Shown piece after piece: positions 11,490 to 21,889 of a stretch of 54,290 nt of DNA; positions within the stretch are counted from its first letter, which is position 1, and each line of letters opens with the position of its first letter. Source of the stretch: Prorocentrum cordatum (lineage: Eukaryota). Below the pieces are notes generated by a model. That model did not search any database. It was given only the letters and a program-made list of their open reading frames with translations, and was not told the origin of the DNA. A program made the position numbers and the translations under genes. The DNA lies in NCBI GenBank assembly GCA_963575745.1, contig CAUYUJ010000253.1:62001-116290 (forward strand), read 5' to 3'.

Positions 11490-14400
11490 ATGCCGCCCTC
11501 GCAACTGGAGGCGTTCAGTGACAGCGAGGTCGAGGAGGCCCCTTGCCCTGCCATGCAGCTTGAAGAGTTCACCGACGATGAAGACGGCGGTGCGACTGGC
11601 AGTGTTCAGGAGTTGCAGGTTGCCCTAGGGCCATCTGTCGTTGAACGACAGACGCCCCCCGCCCAGATACAAAAGACATCCCTGAAGACCAGCGTCAGTT
11701 GTGGTCGAGGGCGGCATGGCTCCCAGGAGGAGAGGCACTTGGTGGCAGCCCGCATGCGCGAAGGTAAAGCTTGGAAGCAGGCGGCCCAGAAGAGCACCGA
11801 GCTCGCGGACCTGAAGCAGCGCTACGCCGATGTGGCGCTGTCGAACAACTGCGAGGTCAAGGGGGGCAATAAGTGGCGCAGGAAGCTGAGCCTCGCCGCT
11901 GGGCAAGTCTGCGCGTTTAGCCCCATTCGCAGAGTATCCGATCTGGCAGCGCAGTTCAAAGTAGACCGGCGGACAATTCGCCGCGTGCGATGTTTTTTTG
12001 CAGCTGTGTATTTGCAGGTGCAGTTGGTCATTATCGGATGTCTTGTCGTTCGAGCAACTCTTGTCCCTCCTGATGTTTTTGGTTTCCGCTTGAGTTGGGA
12101 CGAAACTGGCCAACAGCTTTCGCTTGTGACAAAAGAAGGGAGGGAACCGTCCACGTATCAAGTGATGGCCGCCAGGATGTTTATTGTCATCTGTTGGGGA
12201 CAGGAGGTGTACGAGTTTGGCGTGGCGATGCCCCCGCTGATCGTTGCCAGCACGGCGGCTTCGCAGATCTTCAAAGTGTTGTACACCCACCCAATGCTTG
12301 CAAGGATTTGGCGGGGCATTAACGTCTTGATGCAGAAAGCGGTCTTCACTGTTTCACTTGGGGAGACAGATGCTGCGATGCCGAACCAGATGTTGAGCGC
12401 AGTTCAATTCGCAAACGTCGCTGCGGGTGAGCATCATGACCACTGGTACTGTAGCCTCCACCAAAACCAGTTATGCGAAGTATCCGTGACGACAATTATA
12501 TCCCATGCTCCGTTCCACTTGATATCCAGGTTGTATAGTTTGGCCTTGTTGTTGCGCGGGGGGGCAGCTTGGTTGCGCATGAAGAGAAGTCTCCCCGCGC
12601 TGCTAGCCGACGACAGGGTACAGGTGCGCGCGGGCGCGCCCCCGGCAGGTGCCGCCGAGTTCAGCAGGGAGGTGTGCCAATACATGATGTGTAATTACAT
12701 GCGGTTTGCAGTTACTACTGCCCGGAAACACCACTGGTTAGCCAACGTCGGTTTCGACGGCGACCCGGGCGAGGACACCGACGCGGACCAGTGGGGCGCC
12801 GACATTGACGATGACCGGGAATTCAAGCATAAGGGTTTCGATGCGTATGTCAAATCCCTGAGAGAGCTCAGGGCTGTGATGAACGGGTGCTGGTGGTCCC
12901 CTTACGCCGTCCAGCACTTCTGCAGTGGGGCGTGCGAGTGCACGACGCTCGCAGAGCACGTGGCGAAGCTCGCCCCGGCGATTACGAAAACAGTGCTCCA
13001 TCATATGCCACTGGTGCCCTCCGTGAACAAGTGGACCAAACTTGGGCCTTGCGTGGATGTGCTGGTGTTTGGGCTCCTGGCTCATCGCGTCCTCCCCGTG
13101 TGCTTTGAGAGCTTGAAGTTCAAGGCTCCGCCCAGCAGGGATGACCATGAAGCTGATGACCAATTCAAGTTTGAGGCCGATTTTTCGGCGCTGCAGGGCA
13201 AACGATTTCGCTTGGCGCTGGACATGCTGAAAAGCGAGGCCTCGGTCGGATGCATAGTGATGCTCGGCATAGTGCTGGAACCTGTGCGGCACGTGTCGGC
13301 TTGGCTCATGAGACGGGCGCGTGAGTGTCCGGATCCCTGCGGGCGCCCTGCTGTCTTAGATTTCTTCAACGACCGCTTTAACCCTGTCGTCCACGCGAGG
13401 CAGTACATCTCAACTTTGCTCAGTGGCCGCGCCACGCGCCCGGTGCTGCTGTGGAGGATTCGGCAGCGCGAGTCCCTTCAAGATTGGTTTGGCAAGCACC
13501 CCGAGGACATCCGCCTTTTCCGCAGATTGCTTCTCGCTTTGGATTGCGCATTATTTCGCCGGCATTATTGCCCGTCGAGGCGGTTCCCTTGGGGCCTCGT
13601 TCGTTTGTGCGACGACCGCTTCTCCGCAGCGGAGCGGGAACAGTTGGCCGAGAAGTTCTTCCGCACGCCCGAGTGTTGCTTGCACCCGGGCTTCGCGCGG
13701 AAGGTGGCCTCTGCGCTGGCGTCCTCCAGGGAGCTGCTGACAGAGAAGTGGCTGGCCAGGCTGAGGGTGTTGGTCCGCGTCCTCACATTGCAAGTCGCTG
13801 ACGTCGAGTGGCGCCACGGCCGCAACCGCCAATTTGGGAACAACAACGGGTTGAGCTCTATGCATCAGATGGTGGCTCGGAGCGTTTGTTCTGAGGCAGT
13901 CGTCCTACACGGTGCTGTTCGGCGACGCCGCGATCTTCTTCACCGCCGCCAAATGCCTCCGGCTCGCCAGGCCGTCGGCGACGGCGGGGCCGTCGGTGGC
14001 GGCGATGGCCGCGCGGCAGGCAGGGTGCGGGCGCCCAACCCCAAGGATTTATTCATCCTTGATTTCCACGCAGGTTGCACCGCGCGCGACGAGCGCGTGA
14101 ATCCCGTTCTCCAGGACTCGGACTGGGGAAGGGCGGGGAGGAAGGTTTGGCCCACCTGTGCACCGAGCCTGCGCGTTCCCTGCCCCAGCACCCCCACACC
14201 GCGGGGGGGAGTGGGGGGGTGCTGGGGCAGGGAACTCGCGGGCTCGTTGCCCAGGCGGGGTACGGTCGCTTTGCTCTGCCCCGCCCCCAGGACACCAAGG
14301 ACCGCATCGACCGGGAGTTCGCCGAGCTCACCCCGGAGGCTGTGGCGGAGTATGGCAGGCGGTCCGAGTTGATGAAGGCGGCCGCGGCGCAGAACAGAGA

Positions 14401-17400
14401 GAAAAGGAAGCGAGACAGAGAATGCCGCCAGGCCGAGGTTTTCGCGCCCTCGACCTTCGCCGCTTCCCGCGGCGCGTTCAGGCAAGACCACGCCGGCGAG
14501 CATTTTTCCAGTCTTCTGGAGTCGTGCCAGTGCGGGGCTCCTCGCTGCAGGCACTGGGCGCTGGCCGCCAATCTGAACGCGGCGGAGCCAGAGGTGGAGC
14601 ACCTGGAATCGGATAAGTTCGCGTTGTTCACTGGCGCCGCCCAGGCCATAGCTTCTCGGGCGCCCACTTTCCCATCAGGTGACTATCCTTTGACGGTCCC
14701 CTCATTGAAGAGAGCGCTCAAGAGTAATACTCTGAGCGCCTGCGAGGCCGAGTTCAGGGAGGTGACGAACGGGTACGTTTTGGCACCTCCACGGTTCCAG
14801 TTCCCAGAGCGCGTCGCCTACCCAAAGTGCTGTGGTGCGCTTTGCAGCAACACAAATTCTTTGAGCAAGGCGCGGGCGTACCTTCGATTGTTGGCTGGAT
14901 TCGCTTCCTTTTCGGCGAAGTTCAAGCCCGCGGATTTGCCAGAGCAGGATCTGCTACTTCTGCTGCATGGGAATCTTGGGAGCGGTGCCAGCATCCTGGA
15001 GTACGCTTTCTTTCCTCATGCCGCTGGGCGTTTTTGCCACCACCCGCCAGAACAGACGTTCGTCAGGCTCGAGGCCGCTGGGGACGGAGACCAGACCCAC
15101 GTCATCGGCCTGGAGCTCAAGGTCGCGCGGGAGCGATTCGTCGATCCTGGAAAGCGGTGCCAAGGACGATTTAATCGTCAGAGGTCTCGGGCGGGGTTGG
15201 TGGCAGAAAAGCTTCCTGCAAGCGACTCGCCGTGGCCCGCTCCGTTGTTCGCTCGGCCCCCCCGCCCTTTCCCCACCCGCCGCTTGGTCGGCACCGGGGG
15301 GGTTTGCGCGGTCGGTCGGCTATGTCGTCTGGGCCGCGACGTTCACGTTGGTACCCCCAGGTGCCGCTCGCCGATGGACCAGCAGGCGCAAGGCGCTAAG
15401 GTCGGTTGAAAACGAACGCCCCGTGTGAAGGTTGTACCCAATAGCAGTTCTTGCAACCAGGGGGCGAGATTTCGTCACGTGGTTGCCCGTGCCGCCTTGT
15501 GGGCGCCCCTTGCGCTGGGCGTGTCGGCCGAGGTTTCGCCGCGCGGCCGCCCGCGCCGCCTCGTGGGCGCTCCGTGCGCTGGGCGGGCGCTTGCACCGCA
15601 TAGCTTGCGCATCACAGCTTCTCCCGCGCGGCGTGCGCTGCGAAGTTATCATATCTTGCTTGGCCCGCATAGATTGCGCCACGTGGCGGGCACCGCAAAA
15701 GGCACACACTCACGCTGCCAGGGTTTCCCAGAGCCCCCCCCCCAGGGGTCGAGACCAGGGCATCCAGGGATGAGCAGGGGGCGGGGGGTGGCGATAATGC
15801 GGGTGCTCCTCCTCGTCCTTCTCCTCCTCCTCCTCCGCGCCGCCCCCCCCTGCCCGCGTGTCGACGTGCGCCCACCACCCCCCTACCTCGGCATCAACCG
15901 CTGTGGAGGCGTCAAAGGAAGGTCGGGGCGCCCGATTGTCGGCCATCCGCATTTCGGCATTTTTGCATTAGCGGGCCGCGGGGTTGAACAATCGGCCGGT
16001 CGAAAACAAACATATTCCGGCGCGAACCTGCGCGGGGGGGCCCACCAGCGGGGGGACGCCAAGGCGCCCTTGCGGAGAGGAGGAGGAGGAGGAGGAGGAG
16101 GCAGAGGGTGGAGGGAGGAGGCGGGGGGCAGGGGAGGAGGGGGACCAAGAGGAGGGGCGCGATAATGCGGGTGATCCTCGCCCAGGCGCCTGCGGTGCCC
16201 CCTCCTGCTCCTTCCTCCTCCTCCCGCTCCTCCTCCGCCCAGTACCCTTCCGTAAACGTATTTTTCTCAAGCTGTTGCCCCCTGTTCGGCTGGCGATTAT
16301 CGGATCGATGGCGTCCCTGGAGACATATGTGGGCCGCGGGGCCCACGATTACAGGGTCATCATTCCCTCGGTCGACCGGCCAGCTGTGCTGTGCAACACA
16401 ACTCTCCATTTTTTGATTAATGTGCAAGCCGTCCCGCCAGAGAGGATCCACGTGTGGGTGGCAGACGCTACACTCCCACGCCAGACGCTTCCTGAAAAAG
16501 ACCGCTACGCGGATGCTCTGCAGAGCCGCGGGTGGGACAGAGTGCAGCTTCGGGTGGGCGTCCTGGGATTGACGGCCCAATGGAACCACATCGTGAACGC
16601 GTACCCCCAGAACACGTACATCGTGTGCGTCCTCGACAACGTGCGGCGCATCCACCGGTGCGTGGAGAGCCGCGCTGGCCGTAAGAAGATCGAGCTGGCC
16701 AGCCCTCTTTTCAAGGCGCTGGTGCAGCACGCCGGCGATCTCTGTCACCGCCATGGCTCGTGGATGTGGGGTCTCTGCCCTGCCCAATCCCTGATGAGCA
16801 TGTCCCCCAATGGCATCAGCAGAAAATTTGGGTTAGTGCAAAACGCAGTGCTGGGCTTCTGGACCCGGCGGGACCCCTCCCTCTGTTGCAAAGGCTTTTG
16901 TTTAGACTTGGAGTATTCTTGCAGGTATTGGCAGTCCGACGGAATTCTATTGCGATATGAGATGCTGTGCGCCTCGCGCCCGTACGGAACCGCGGGTGGG
17001 CAATCGACCGTCGCAGGCAGTGGCCGCCGAGAAGTGGAATCTACGCACATCCAAAAATTGGCACGTGAGTTTCCCCACCTTTTGAAGTATGCTCCAGAAA
17101 AAGGCACCAAAACCGTCCAGCCAGTGCGGATTTTTCCTGTGGGCCCCAGCCCGCTGCAGCTCAAGACGGAGACCACAAGGCAGGTGATCTTCGCGAAACG
17201 ACCCGCCAGCAGCACGGAGAAGTACAGGCGGTCCCGTGGCCTCCCACTGAACACACGGAAAAAACTCAAGCCAGGACGCAAGCCCCTTGGCAAGAAAGCT
17301 ATGTCCCGTGCAGAGATCAGCCGTCGGCAGCGCGAGCGAGCGCAGAAAAAACTATCATCGATCATCATATTCCGTTGTCGCCGAACCATGGTTGTGGCAG

Positions 17401-19836
17401 ATCTGTTGGCCGGCCCGTTGCGCAAACGCGCCGTTGCCGGCGCCCCAGGGGGCCGCGGCCTCCTTCCCGCCCCTGTCGTCGTTGCGGAGAATCGACTATG
17501 TGTAGTTCCCCTATACAAAAAAACAAAAATACTCCTCTCCTCTCTCCTCTGACTTGGTCCGCCCTCCTCCCGCTCGCGCCACCGCCGCCGCGTGGGCAGC
17601 GAGTGGGCGGTCAGCAATGATCCCGCGGCCCCCGCGGGCGTCGCGTGGTGTTCGCAGGCAATGCAGTGTTCTACGCCCGCCTGGCGTCCGTGTGTTTGGC
17701 AATGTCCAAGTGGCCCCGCGGTGTTCACAGGTCGAGCGGTGTTCAGAAGCTGGCTGTTCATGTTTTTTTCGCAACGTCCCGAAACCGCGTGTTGTTTACA
17801 GGCCTTGTGGTGTCCACGGACATCAGGTTGTGCGCAAAAGGGGTCCACTGGTCCTGTGGTGTCCACAGGCCTATCCTGTCCTGGATTGACCCGACGGGCC
17901 GCGGAAAGCCAAGTTACGCGCGAACTGCGCGATACTAAATGTTGGCCCGGAAACCGGTGTGGCGACGACGACGACGACGGCGGCGGCGGCGCGACGGAGG
18001 CGATGACGACGACGACGACGACGACGGACCGACGGCGACGACGGACCGACGGACCGAGTTATGAAACCTGAGGGGAAGCGGCCAGAAACACTTGGGCTCC
18101 CCGCCTTCGCCCCCCCCCCGGTGCGTGAGAATCTGGAAGAGTGAGCTTTCAAAAACAACCTCACGCCTTAAAGGGCTGGTGGGATTAACGACAGTGCTTA
18201 GCACGAGTGGCCAAGCGGACAATTGCAATTGCTCCTGCAACGGTCGTCAATGCCACGGGGGGCGGCGCGAACTGCGCGATACCAAACGTTGGCCCGGAAA
18301 CTGCCCCGCATGACCCCGGGAGGCACCAACAGTGGCCTGAGAGAGCTCAGGAGGAAGACGGGGTGCAACAGATGGAGGCAGATGGGGGGAGAAAGACGAG
18401 GAGGAACAGCAGGAGGCGGAGGAAAAGGAGGAGGGGGAGGAAGAGGATCGGGAGGGTTCTGTTTAGCATGCGCCCGCGTGGCTCCCTGGTCGGCGGCGCA
18501 CCCCAGAGATCCCCAGAAATGAGCGGTCGGGGGGTAGCTGCACGACAGTAGCATGTCTTCTTCAGGCGTCACAGCGGCTATGTCCGAGCAGATGCTCGCC
18601 CGCCGCTTCGTGGAATTGGCCACAACGTCGATGGACCAAGTGTGTGAGCTCAAGTCGGTAACCCTGAAACCCTTGGCGTACCGGGACATCTGCCTGGACC
18701 GCGTTGTCATTCAAGGCTTCCACGGCACTGCGCAGCCGTTCGAAATCGACGTCGGCCGGGAAGCGCCGAAACCAAAGCCAACGAGTGGAGCAGCGCCCAA
18801 AAAGGGCGCCGTTGACTTGTGCGGCGACGTGTTGGGCGAGTCCACTGGCGCTGGCGTTGCCGCGCACAAGGGCGCGTCGAAGGCGGGCGGCGGGGCCGCC
18901 GTGGTTGACGCCGGCACCGGGGGCATTCCATCAGCAGGCCCCTCTGGCGCGAGCCCCCCGCCCACCGAGAGCGCCGACATATCTGGCATGATGAAGGAGT
19001 TGGGCCTTTCAGCCTCAGACATTTCGGAGGGTGATTTTATGAAAGCCGACGGTGTCATGAAAGCAGTGGTCTCCGCATTGCCTGAGAATGTAAAGGCGGA
19101 GCTCGCTGATATTGGTGTTACTGTCGCAGAGCTGGAGGCCGCTCCAGAGGATGATGAGCCCGAGTCGGTCCACAGTGTCACCGACGGGGAGCAGGACATT
19201 GACTGCGACGGCGATCCAGGCGACGAGGGGGGGGTGGCCGACGAGGAGCAGAGCGAGGGGGAACCCTGGCCTTGGACGCACATCGAGGAGGATCCGGCGG
19301 CCGCCTACAAGTTCCTGTCCAAGGAAGACGGTTCGCCCGTCGGCCGCCTGCAGAGGAGCGGCCGCCGAAATGGCGATCGTAATTGTTGGGTGGTCCCAAT
19401 CAACAAAACGATCAGCAATGCCCTCCCGCCAATAGCCCCCGTGCGTTGATTCGAAGATGCGCCCCGCGAACACAGAATGACGCAACGGGGGTGCCCGCGA
19501 CGCGCGGTTGCAGACTGCGGCGCCTCTGGCCGAGTGGCAGGCAGAGGTGTCGGGCAGACTGCAGCCGCGAGTCGTGAACACCTCCTGCTGGGTTGTAGTA
19601 GCGTTCCGACCAGGATGGGCGCCGCTTCTCTGAAGGCCACGTGCACCGTGCGCGGCCACGGCAGGTGCGGCTGCTGGGTTGCCCTCAAGCCCCCTGGCGA
19701 TACTGAGCCAGATGTCCAGCGTCTCGAAAGGGAGTTGGTCGAATGGTTGGCTCACGGTCTTACTGACACAGAGGATGAGCATTATCGAAAGTCCGCGGCT
19801 CTTCGCAGGGCCAAAGGCATGCGAGTGAAGGACTAG
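11490..19836 (+). CDS. hAT-like DDE transposase, ~1511 aa; proposed exons 11490-14114, 14291-15156, 15361-15392, 18566-19355, 19614-19836
   Basis: Motifs in hAT order: HTH-like 'SDLAAQFKVDRRTIRRVR', W-D204-ET, T-D294-AAMPN, C321xxH324 (CSLH), NK-W515 (cf. hAT TRW), V-E773-WRH. The four introns (GA-AG, GT-AG, GC-AG, GA-AG) have repeated junction sequence and join the reading frames without stops; exon lengths sum to 4536 nt. Confidence 0.72.
14115..14290 (+). other. Transposase intron 1 (GA-AG) containing a long hairpin
   Basis: CCAG|GAC at both junctions. Perfect 21-bp stem 14175-14195 / 14215-14235. Removal gives NPVLQ|DTKDRIDREFAEL. Confidence 0.75.
16249..16271 (+). promoter_or_regulatory. 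Degenerate DinoSL-like relic upstream of the glycosyltransferase ORF
   Basis: tccgtaaacgtatttttctcaag keeps the TCCGTA 5' end, the T-run and the CTCAAG 3' end of DinoSL. Lies 36 nt before ATG 16308. Confidence 0.5.
16308..17552 (+). CDS. GT-A fold glycosyltransferase of the TET/JBP-associated (TAGT; JGT/GREB1-related) type with a basic C-terminal tail, 414 aa
   Basis: Motif order resembles phage/giant-virus TET-associated GTs as I recall them: YRVIIPSVDRP…TLHFL…IHVWVAD…Y…VGVLGLTAQWNHIVNAYPQNTYIVCVLDNV…WGLCP…M…DLEYSCRYWQSDGILLRY…YGTAGG. Intronless. The first ATG of the globular part is 16308, within track ORF 15984-17552. Confidence 0.78.
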   Translation: MASLETYVGRGAHDYRVIIPSVDRPAVLCNTTLHFLINVQAVPPERIHVWVADATLPRQTLPEKDRYADALQSRGWDRVQLRVGVLGLTAQWNHIVNAYPQNTYIVCVLDNVRRIHRCVESRAGRKKIELASPLFKALVQHAGDLCHRHGSWMWGLCPAQSLMSMSPNGISRKFGLVQNAVLGFWTRRDPSLCCKGFCLDLEYSCRYWQSDGILLRYEMLCASRPYGTAGGQSTVAGSGRREVESTHIQKLAREFPHLLKYAPEKGTKTVQPVRIFPVGPSPLQLKTETTRQVIFAKRPASSTEKYRRSRGLPLNTRKKLKPGRKPLGKKAMSRAEISRRQRERAQKKLSSIIIFRCRRTMVVADLLAGPLRKRAVAGAPGGRGLLPAPVVVAENRLCVVPLYKKTKILLSSLL

Positions 19837-21356
19837 CAGTCTCTCCGCGCTTTTCTCCCGATGTGGCGTCGCGAGAAAAACAAAAACGTGCATCTTCGCG
19901 GGGCCCAGTCCCGCGCCGTGGTCGTGCCTGCCCCTCCTCCCTGTTCGTCCTCCCTCCTCGTGGCCCACGGCCCGTCGGCTTGCCCGTCGGTCCCGTCGGC
20001 CCTGTTCGGGGGTCCCCTGGTCCGTTCGTCTCGCCTCGTTCGTGGCCCGTCGGCGTCCCGCAGGAACGCGCCTAATGTGTAGATGTTTATTAAACCGTCT
20101 TACTGCTAACCTATTGCTCATCAGCTGCGTCTTCGTCTCCTTCGATTCCTCCTGGACGCGCGCTGAGAAGGTCGCCTACCTTCTGGCCGCGGGGGCGAGC
20201 AGGGCGAGGAGGGGCCTCTGGAGGCCCCCGCTCCTCGCTCTGTGGACGGACTCGCCTCGACTTCTGGCTGCGGAAGGCCCCTGGTGGCCCCCGCCCGCCC
20301 TCCTGGGGTGCCGCGCCTAGGCCCGAGGGCCTAGGCTGCCTGTGCGTCGGGAGACTGGGTGGGTCCCGACGCGCGGGCGCGGCTCCGGGATCTCCTCGTC
20401 GCCACTGCGGCCTCGCGTGGGGCGCGAGGCCGCGCTCGGGGCGGTCCTGGCTCGACTGGACCGTTCTATGCCGCGCCGATCCTCCCCTTTTCCTCCTCGT
20501 CCTCTTCCTCGTCCTCATCCTCCTTCTCCTCTTCCTCTTCCAGGGTCGGCATCTGCTCAAGTTCCGCCACTCGTGGGATCCATTCGGACGCGAACGGAGA
20601 AACGCACAAGCGTCAGAAGGGGCGGGGGTGCTCGTAGGGGGGGCCTGCCCCCTGAGAAAGCGAGCCCTCTTTGATAGCCTTCCTGCCTGCTCAGAAGCTT
20701 CTCTGAGAGGCCTTCGTGCTCCCATGCGCCCCGGCTGCGTGTACCTCCGCCACGGCGCGCTATTGTGTAATTCCTCTACTATTTGGCCCGCGTGTTGTGC
20801 AGGCGCTCACTTTAAAGGAGTAAAAGAAGGGCAGTTCGTCCTAGCGCACCTAGTTCGGCTTCGCGATGGAGTGTGTCTCCGCGCCGCCACGAAAAAAAAC
20901 GTCTGCGCTGATCGTGTCGTCACGGAGCGCACGTCCTAACTTCGCCGCACCCCGAGGGCAGCCATCCCTCTGAGCCACCGCCATCCCGCATCCCGCATCA
21001 GCCCGAACCGCGCGGAGTTTCTTCGCACCGCGTCCAACGCGGAGTGCCCCGCCCGATTGGGCGCACGCGCGGCTGCCGTGCGTCTCCCAACGAGGCGCGC
21101 GGCAACCGACGCCTGTCTGGAAATTGCGGCTTGGCTGCTGCGCGGCCGCGTGGAAGTTCAGAGCAGGGTTCGGGCGGGCGCACTCGCCCTTGCGATGGCC
21201 GCCGGAGTGCAAAAAAAACGCGCTGACCGAGCAAGGGCGGGCTCGAAGCCCCATCCCCCGCCCCCGCACGAGGGAGCCGCTCCCGCTCCACGCCCGCGGG
21301 CGCTGGCCGCTCCAAGTCTGCGCCCTGCACGGTCCGAAACCGCGCCGGCGGCAGCA

Positions 21357-21634
21357 GCCGGCAGTTGCCCGGCAGTTGCCGGCAGTTGCCCGGCAGTTGC
21401 CCGGCAGTTGCCCGGCAGTTGCCGGCAGTTCGTGGTCGGGCGGGACTGGCGCGTGTCGGGGCGGAAAAGTCTTAAGTTTCTACTTGAGGATAGCGGCTGC
21501 GCGCAGGGTTTTTCTTTATGGCACGGCGCGAAAGCATGGCCGGCAGTTGCCCGGCAGGTGCCTGGCAGTTGGTCGCCGACAGTTGCCCGGCAGTTGCCCG
21601 GCAGTTGCCCGGCAGTTGCCCGGCAGTTGCCGGC
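21357..21634 (+). repeat. 11-bp tandem repeat (CCGGCAGTTGC)n in two clusters
   Basis: Clusters at ~21357-21431 and ~21539-21634. Confidence 0.95.
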
Positions 21635-21732
21635 GGTTCTTGAGATGTGCCCGCCTTTCGCCGCGGGTTTCTTCAGACGGCGGAGTGGACCTTTGGACGG
21701 GCCGCCCCGCCCTTCGCGGAGCGGCCCGGCGC

Positions 21733-21856
21733 CCCCGTAGGAATCCCCATTAGAGTCGCCGCAGGTATCCCCGTTGGAATCCCCATAGGACGCCCCGTAG
21801 GGATCTCCGTAGGAATCCCCGCAGGGGTCCCCGTGGGAATCACCCTAAGAGTCCCT
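21733..21856 (+). repeat. Degenerate short tandem repeat (CCCCGTAGGAAT-like)
   Basis: Repeated ccccgtaggaatcccc / cccgttggaatcccc / ccccgtgggaatc. Confidence 0.8.
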
Positions 21857-21889
21857 GCCGCCAACCGCTTGCCTTCCGCGCGCCGTCAG

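Noticed and set aside
14115..14372. C-terminus of the 960-aa track ORF
   Set aside because: Low-complexity read-through of intron 1; the protein-like sequence continues in another frame from 14291.
15984..16307. N-terminal 108 aa of the 522-aa track ORF
   Set aside because: Derived from GAG/CCT tracts upstream of the SL-like relic; the globular domain starts at ATG 16308.
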